Part shown: in pieces, positions 58,588 to 64,000 of the stretch
Layout of the letters: each line of letters starts with the position of its first letter
How positions within the stretch are numbered: the stretch's first letter is position 1
DNA from: Deltaproteobacteria bacterium
GTDB lineage: Bacteria > Myxococcota > Myxococcia > SLRQ01
Length of the DNA: 64,000 nucleotides
NCBI GenBank assembly: GCA_007130885.1
Contig: SLRQ01000013.1
Coordinates: 11,004 to 75,003, forward strand
Direction: 5' to 3'
The notes under the pieces: model-generated
Databases searched by the model: none
What the model was told of the DNA's origin: nothing
What the model saw: only the letters and a program-made list of their open reading frames with translations
Made by a program: the position numbers and the translations under genes

Positions 58588-61500
58588 ATGGAAGCAGAGA
58601 CTCGTTTCTACTACTCGCCTTTGGGAAGCTGCCGCGCCTTGGTCGCGGTTACTTGTTCGCTGGTGCTGCTTTTCGGCGGATGCAAGTGCTCGGACGAGCC
58701 GGCCGAGGACGAGGTGCCCGGTGAGGAGATATCGGAGGTGACCTACGGCGCGGCCGGGGAAGTGATGCGGGTGCCGGTCGAGCCTGGTCGGCCACCTCGG
58801 GCGGCGCCGGACGCGCGGGTGGTGCTGCTCATGGACCTGGACTCCAGCGGCACGTTCGATGAGGCCGAAGAGCATGTGGCGGAGCTGGACGAGGACGGTC
58901 GTTTCGAGGTGTTCACGGAGAGGATCGAGTATGAAGGTGGAGCGCCTCGCGTGAGAGCGCAGCTAGTAGCGATACTCGATGGTCATGCGACGGCGTACAG
59001 GCGAGTTGATCTCGAGGCGGACACTCGGCCGTGGATAGACGCGACGCTGTTCGAGTACGAGGGGATGGAGCTTGGAGAGCGGACAAGCCTTGCCGACGGA
59101 TCGCTGACGATTACGGGCCTGCCGGAGGGAATACAGAAGGCATGGGGGCGGGTGCTGCACCCGGTGCTTGATGCGGAAGGTGTTTCCGGAGGGGGGCAAG
59201 CGGTGTCCGGGGTATCGCTTTCGTTTGGTGTGGTGGGAGCCGTGCGTCTGGTTGGGGCTCAAGGAGAGGCTGTGAGGCAGCTCGAGGAGCCTGTGACGTT
59301 GCGCATGGAGCTCGTGGAGGAGACGTGGGGAGCGCTGTCGGCGATAGCGCCGGGCCGCGGCATCGACCCAAGTGATGACTTCATAGATTTAGGCGACGAC
59401 TTCATCGACCCAAGTGACGACTTCATAGATCCGAGCGACGACTTTTATGATGTAGCAGCAAGCGTGCCGCTTTTCGCGTTCAGCGAGAGCGATGGCGCAT
59501 GGTCGTTCCAGGCCGTGGGAAGGCTCGAGACGGCCGGGGGCGCCGCCCTTACGTACGGGCAGCTACAGGATGTTTGGAGCGGCGAGTTCGATGGGCGACT
59601 GTTCGTGCGGGGTGATGTGGAGCATTTCAGTCAGTGGGGCTATGGCTGGCCTGTTGGAGAGACGTGCATCGAGGGGGTGCTCGAGGAGGTCACTGGAGAT
59701 GACGACACGAAGCAGCCCGCCGCCGGAGTGACGGTAACCGGCCGCGGAGTGGGCAGCGACGAGAGAAGCGGTCCCGTGGTGACGGACTCGGAGGGCCGTT
59801 TCTGCCTTCACGCGAGGCCGAGCGCGGGAGTGGGAGGCGGAGCCAACGTTTTGCGGCTGCATGCCAGGCTGGAAGATGGAGATGTGCGCCTTGGAGAGGT
59901 GAAGGTGGAAATGCCGGAAGACGGTCCGGTGGAGTGCGGCGAGGAAGGCTGTCAGGATGCGGGCGTGTTCTTGCTGGAAAGGCCCGATGGTGAGGAGGAG
60001 GCGAGAGTCGAGCCATGCGGGATACCGGTGAGGGTGCTGCTTCCTGGTGAAGGAGGACTTTGGGAGAGCCTGCGACCCGAGACGGCCGCCGGCGCTAGCG
60101 TGAAGGCGCATGTTCCATCATCGAGGATGCACGCGGTGAAGGAGCTTTGCGGGGCCGGTGGTGATGTTGACGACTGTCTTGTTTCGGAGGCGGATGAGGA
60201 AGGCGAAGCCGTCGTCACGGTGCCGAGGGGAGAGGAGAGAGTCGAGATAACGGGAAGGCTGCTGCACGAGGCCGGCGATGGTGGAGCACAATTCTACGAT
60301 TACCGCGGGCGAGTGGTGCTGAGCGAGCCGGTTTGTGTGGAAGGCGAGGAGGAAGAGCAGGTGGAGCTGGAGCTTCGCTTGCGTAGGGGCGACGTAGAGC
60401 GAGTGGATGTGTGGGTGGACATAGAAGATGAAGGGGGAGAGGTTCCGGCGCCCATCATAGGGTGGAACTCGGTGATACCGTACGAGGCGGGGGAGGAGCC
60501 CGGCGAGCTTTCGGCCGAGCGAGTGACCATCTACTCGGGCGAAGGGGATGAGGTGCTGTGGGAGGTCGTGGCGCGTGACGATGTCGAAGGTGGAGCGGAG
60601 CCCGGAATGGCGTCTCCTTTGGAGGTGCGTGATTACGGCGACGACGACCCCGTGCTGCGCCAGCCGGTGCCGCCCGGCATGGATGCGTTGACGACGCCCG
60701 GGATGCATCCGGACGCTTATGTCGTGGTGCAGGTGCGGGGCGAGAGACTCGGCGTTCTGTGGGAAGGCCGGGGCGCCGAGGATCTTCACGCGGGAGTGGA
60801 GGTCGACCCTGAAGAAGCCAATAGTTTGAAGTATGTGTCCGGGGATAATCAGACCGGGAACCGGGGTGAGCCTCTCACCGAGCCGCTCCGGGTTCTGGTA
60901 GAGGATGCACACGGTAACCCCGTTGAAGGCCACGAGGTAACCTTTAGCTTGGGAATGAACCCGCCCGGAGATGATGCTTCGCTCAACCCTATGACTACGC
61001 ATTCAAGCGCGGATGGCCTGGCGAGCACGCAGCTCACGCTAGGTAATGCGGGTGGTGCATATCACGTTGAAGCAAGTGGTGCGGGGATTGACGGGTTGGT
61101 CAAGTTCGAGGCGACCGCGTGCGATCTCGGTACGGGGTGGCATCCGGATTATCAGGCCGAGTGTTACGATGAGGTGGAGGTACTTTGCGATTCTACGGGC
61201 TTGCCTGCAGAGAACTCGAGCGTGGAATACGATGAGCGGGTAACCGTGACATGGAGTGAGGAGGACGGCTGGAGTGTCCCCGAACCATGTGTCTGGTCGT
61301 GCGATCCGGGCTATCACGAGCATGAGCAAGGTGACGCAATCGAGTGCGTGGAGTGCATCGTCGATGGTCACTGTACACCGAACCTCCTTTGCTTGAACAA
61401 CACTTGCGTCGAGTGCATCGTTCACGACGATTGCCCAAATGAAGGTTTGTGCTACTCGAACGAGTGCATCGACAACCCGTGCTTTCCGAACCCATGCATC

Positions 61501-63390
61501 CATGGAAATCCTGTTGTAAGGCTCGATATCGAGGAGGGTACGGGCGCCAGCCTCGAGGACTCATCCGGCAACGGCAACGACGCGACTCTCGAGGGGGGCG
61601 CCTGGACCAGCGAAGGAAAGTACGGGTACGCCTTGGAGCTTGGTGGGGCTCAGAATGGATTCTCCTGGAGCTACACCAAGCCCCAAAACAACTTCACTCT
61701 GGAAGCCTGGGTCAAAGCCGAGTCGAGTCACGACATCGACAATGAGTCGACGAGTGGCACCACGGGGACGACCGGTCAAGCATATTTGTTCCGGCCAGGC
61801 AACGAGGGTTCGTCAAACGCCGGGGCCGGCGTGTCGGTGGGGACCAACGGGATATCAGTCTACGAGAACGGTGATGATTATATGCCGGCTCTCGCCGTTC
61901 ATGAGGAAGAGCTTGGAACCGGATGGAACCACATCGTGGTCACCTACGAGAACAAGATTCCCCGCATCTATCTCAACGGGTCGCCGGTGCGAACCGGTCT
62001 TACATCACCAAGGAACAATGTCCTGGCTCCGAATCGGATCGGCGGCAGCGATTACGGCTCGTTCGCCGGCGCAGTGGATAGAGTGAGAGTTTATGATTAC
62101 ACCTTGAGTGACGAGCAGGTCCTCCAGGCTTACGCCAAGCAAGAGGATTGCTACTTGAGCGCGTCCCTCGACGAATACACCTGTGCCTGCGATCATGGCT
62201 GGGATTGGGACTCTTCAAACCTGGCGTGCATCCCCAAGGTATACACCTGCCCGGCCAAGCCCGAGGAAGGCGCCGAGTGGAATACGGTTTCGGAGTACAT
62301 CCAAGAATGGGACCACGACCATGGGGACTGGATGCCTCCCGCGACCAGCACTCACTACAACGAGGAACCCGACGAGCAGTCTTGCCGCTACGTTTGCAGC
62401 CCAGGCTACCGGTTCAACGGCGAGACCTGCGAGCCGCGGACGGCCTGCCTCACCGGCTCTAAGTTCGAGAACGTGAGCCCCCTCGACCTCTTGCACGCCA
62501 TGGACATATGCGACTTCTTTGACGAGGGCGAGGAGGGAAGCTTCGGCATAGTGCATGGAAGCGTGGAGCTGGGCAGAGCGAACTGGTCCGCGGACAGCAA
62601 CGAGCCGGATCATCGGCAGTACGGCATAATGACCCAGTTCGGGACGGATAGCTCGAACGTGCCGAAGTTCGGCGACAACATGGCCGTCCTATCGAGCGGC
62701 AGGGCCAGGGACGCGAGTGACCCCGATGCCACAGCGACCGTATCCTACGAGTATGAGCACGGCGAACCACCAAACGACTTCGTCGCTCCTCACGGCGGAG
62801 CGCTCCCCTTGACCTACCCTAGTTGTCCGAGAGGAACGGGGGCCAACGATTCGGTGATGCTCAGAGTCAAGCTGAAGGTGCCGGAGTTCGCTCATGCCTT
62901 TTCCTTCGACTTCAGATTCTTTTCACAGGAGTACGGGGACTACACATGCAGCATCTACAACGACTTCTTTATAGCAATGCTGGACTCCGACTGGATTCCT
63001 GAGAACGGAGGGTCCGGTATTCCGGAAGATAAGAACATCAGCTTCGACTCCAACGAGAACTACATAGGCGTCAACTCCCATGAGTTCTTCACAGTCTGCG
63101 AGCCGAAGTTTTGTCAAAACAGCGGCGCGGTATACGACTGTCCGGATGGGACCTCGCCATTGTCCGGCACCGGTTACCCAGCCAGCAACGCGGGTGCAAC
63201 CCAGTGGCTTACGACCACCTCGCCGGTGGTACCCGGAGAGACGATCACTCTAAGGTTCATTATCTGGGACACCACGGACCCAAACTATGACTCCCTGGTC
63301 CTCCTAGACAACTTCAGGTGGCATGGCGAGGGCACGGCCAAAGACGGCCCCGAAACACGCCCCAGCGACGTTGCGGCACCTGAAGACTAG
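58588..63390 (+). CDS. Giant mosaic surface lipoprotein (beta-sandwich domains, Big_1-like Ig, Cys-rich/EGF-like, LamG, choice-of-anchor-L-like C-terminus)
   Basis: Lipobox 'FGGC'. Big_1 'VSGDNQTG...PLRVLVEDAHGNPV'. LamG 'FTLEAWVK...WNHIVVTY...YLNG...FAGAVDRVRVY'. C-terminus 'FDFRFFSQEY...YNDFF...IWDTTD..YDSLVLLDNFRW'. Confidence 0.88.
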   Translation: MEAETRFYYSPLGSCRALVAVTCSLVLLFGGCKCSDEPAEDEVPGEEISEVTYGAAGEVMRVPVEPGRPPRAAPDARVVLLMDLDSSGTFDEAEEHVAELDEDGRFEVFTERIEYEGGAPRVRAQLVAILDGHATAYRRVDLEADTRPWIDATLFEYEGMELGERTSLADGSLTITGLPEGIQKAWGRVLHPVLDAEGVSGGGQAVSGVSLSFGVVGAVRLVGAQGEAVRQLEEPVTLRMELVEETWGALSAIAPGRGIDPSDDFIDLGDDFIDPSDDFIDPSDDFYDVAASVPLFAFSESDGAWSFQAVGRLETAGGAALTYGQLQDVWSGEFDGRLFVRGDVEHFSQWGYGWPVGETCIEGVLEEVTGDDDTKQPAAGVTVTGRGVGSDERSGPVVTDSEGRFCLHARPSAGVGGGANVLRLHARLEDGDVRLGEVKVEMPEDGPVECGEEGCQDAGVFLLERPDGEEEARVEPCGIPVRVLLPGEGGLWESLRPETAAGASVKAHVPSSRMHAVKELCGAGGDVDDCLVSEADEEGEAVVTVPRGEERVEITGRLLHEAGDGGAQFYDYRGRVVLSEPVCVEGEEEEQVELELRLRRGDVERVDVWVDIEDEGGEVPAPIIGWNSVIPYEAGEEPGELSAERVTIYSGEGDEVLWEVVARDDVEGGAEPGMASPLEVRDYGDDDPVLRQPVPPGMDALTTPGMHPDAYVVVQVRGERLGVLWEGRGAEDLHAGVEVDPEEANSLKYVSGDNQTGNRGEPLTEPLRVLVEDAHGNPVEGHEVTFSLGMNPPGDDASLNPMTTHSSADGLASTQLTLGNAGGAYHVEASGAGIDGLVKFEATACDLGTGWHPDYQAECYDEVEVLCDSTGLPAENSSVEYDERVTVTWSEEDGWSVPEPCVWSCDPGYHEHEQGDAIECVECIVDGHCTPNLLCLNNTCVECIVHDDCPNEGLCYSNECIDNPCFPNPCIHGNPVVRLDIEEGTGASLEDSSGNGNDATLEGGAWTSEGKYGYALELGGAQNGFSWSYTKPQNNFTLEAWVKAESSHDIDNESTSGTTGTTGQAYLFRPGNEGSSNAGAGVSVGTNGISVYENGDDYMPALAVHEEELGTGWNHIVVTYENKIPRIYLNGSPVRTGLTSPRNNVLAPNRIGGSDYGSFAGAVDRVRVYDYTLSDEQVLQAYAKQEDCYLSASLDEYTCACDHGWDWDSSNLACIPKVYTCPAKPEEGAEWNTVSEYIQEWDHDHGDWMPPATSTHYNEEPDEQSCRYVCSPGYRFNGETCEPRTACLTGSKFENVSPLDLLHAMDICDFFDEGEEGSFGIVHGSVELGRANWSADSNEPDHRQYGIMTQFGTDSSNVPKFGDNMAVLSSGRARDASDPDATATVSYEYEHGEPPNDFVAPHGGALPLTYPSCPRGTGANDSVMLRVKLKVPEFAHAFSFDFRFFSQEYGDYTCSIYNDFFIAMLDSDWIPENGGSGIPEDKNISFDSNENYIGVNSHEFFTVCEPKFCQNSGAVYDCPDGTSPLSGTGYPASNAGATQWLTTTSPVVPGETITLRFIIWDTTDPNYDSLVLLDNFRWHGEGTAKDGPETRPSDVAAPED
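59362..59445 (+). repeat. In-frame 21-bp tandem repeat x4 encoding IDPSDDF/IDLGDDF
   Basis: atcgacccaagtgatgacttc / atagatttaggcgacgacttc / atcgacccaagtgacgacttc / atagatccgagcgacgacttt. Confidence 0.95.
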
Positions 63391-63585
63391 CCGGTCCTTC
63401 GCTTCTCCTCGTAATGACCGAAAAAAGAGGTCCAATTGCGTCACTTGGTCTGAAAGCCGGTCAGGAACCTGGGTTTCGTGCCGGCGATACCGAGACCGAT
63501 AAACCGAGGGCCGTCGCCGATCAGGCTTGAGCCATGAAGAGGATGTTAGTTGACCCGAAGGCCGACAGGCTGCTAACCATCTAGT

Positions 63586-64000
63586 ATGCATCGCATGCGG
63601 CTATTCTTTTCGATGGCCGGCCTAATCGGCCTCCTTGCTGTCCCAAGCAACTCCGCGGCCCAACACATGGACCTGGAGCTGTGGAGGCTTGGTAACCCGA
63701 GGCCAATCGAACTCTCGGATGGAACCTCGGTGTCGCCGTATTTGGAGGCCGACGACCGTTTCCGGCTGTTGATGGTGGATCTTGGTCTGGCAATGCACCC
63801 TACGCCGACTCATCCCGCCAATACTCTTGGACGCGCGGGTACCGCCTTCGAGTTCTCGTTGCGCTTGCCGCAAATCCACCCGGGCGCGACCGTACAGCCG
63901 GGTGACAGGGTGGAGGAAGGCGACTGTCCGCCCGGTAATCCACAGTGCAGGATCTGGGTGATAAGGGGGACCGCGGAAGGCTACGCTCCCCAGCGCCCTC
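63586..64000 (+). CDS. Exported hypothetical protein, 3'-truncated by the window edge (absent from the ORF track)
   Basis: Read by hand: MHRMRLFFSMAGLIGLLAVPSNSAAQHMDLELWRLGNP...DDRFRLLMVDLGLAM.P..THPANTLGRAG... Open to the window end, with a signal-peptide-like start. Confidence 0.75.
   Translation, partial: MHRMRLFFSMAGLIGLLAVPSNSAAQHMDLELWRLGNPRPIELSDGTSVSPYLEADDRFRLLMVDLGLAMHPTPTHPANTLGRAGTAFEFSLRLPQIHPGATVQPGDRVEEGDCPPGNPQCRIWVIRGTAEGYAPQRP

Noticed and set aside
53946..59445. Graspetide RiPP cluster using the IDPSDDF repeat as core peptide
   Set aside because: The ATP-grasp is of the alpha-L-glutamate-ligase-like type. The repeat lies inside a large exported protein, lacks a leader and lacks the typical Thr/Lys donors.

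Overview
High-GC bacterial chromosomal window, probably from a Myxococcota/deltaproteobacterium. This is inferred from the MXAN_5808-type S41 protease, the DUF4139 pair and many Cys-rich acidic lipoproteins. About 41 CDS; I saw no rRNA, tRNA, CRISPR array or transposase. In order: partial M23 peptidase, trxB, radC plus a DUF3006-like gene, TPR protein and ssb. Next is a propionate/succinate-type operon: a small accessory protein, a biotin carrier, one polypeptide fusing a pyruvate/oxaloacetate carboxyltransferase to an acyl-CoA carboxyltransferase, and a split methylmalonyl-CoA mutase. Then gpsA/GDPD, an orphan nucleotidyltransferase and a ~13 kb island of modular surface lipoproteins (10 Cys-stapled repeats plus PA14; three related genes with 3, 6 and 1 CHB_HEX_C-like repeats). 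Then VKOR-DsbA and rhodanese, an Opp-type ABC transporter, pyk, two DUF4139 genes, a beta-propeller lipoprotein, a TPR protein and an S41 protease. Near the end are a translationally coupled four-gene operon (inactive transglutaminase-7TM, ATP-grasp ligase, second inactive transglutaminase, exported gingipain/C25-fold protease) and a 1600-aa mosaic lipoprotein with an (IDPSDDF)x4 loop and a LamG domain inserted inside an EGF-like module. The best candidates for undescribed biology are the transglutaminase/ATP-grasp/C25 operon and the fused transcarboxylase. All family assignments come from motifs recognised by eye; no searches were run.
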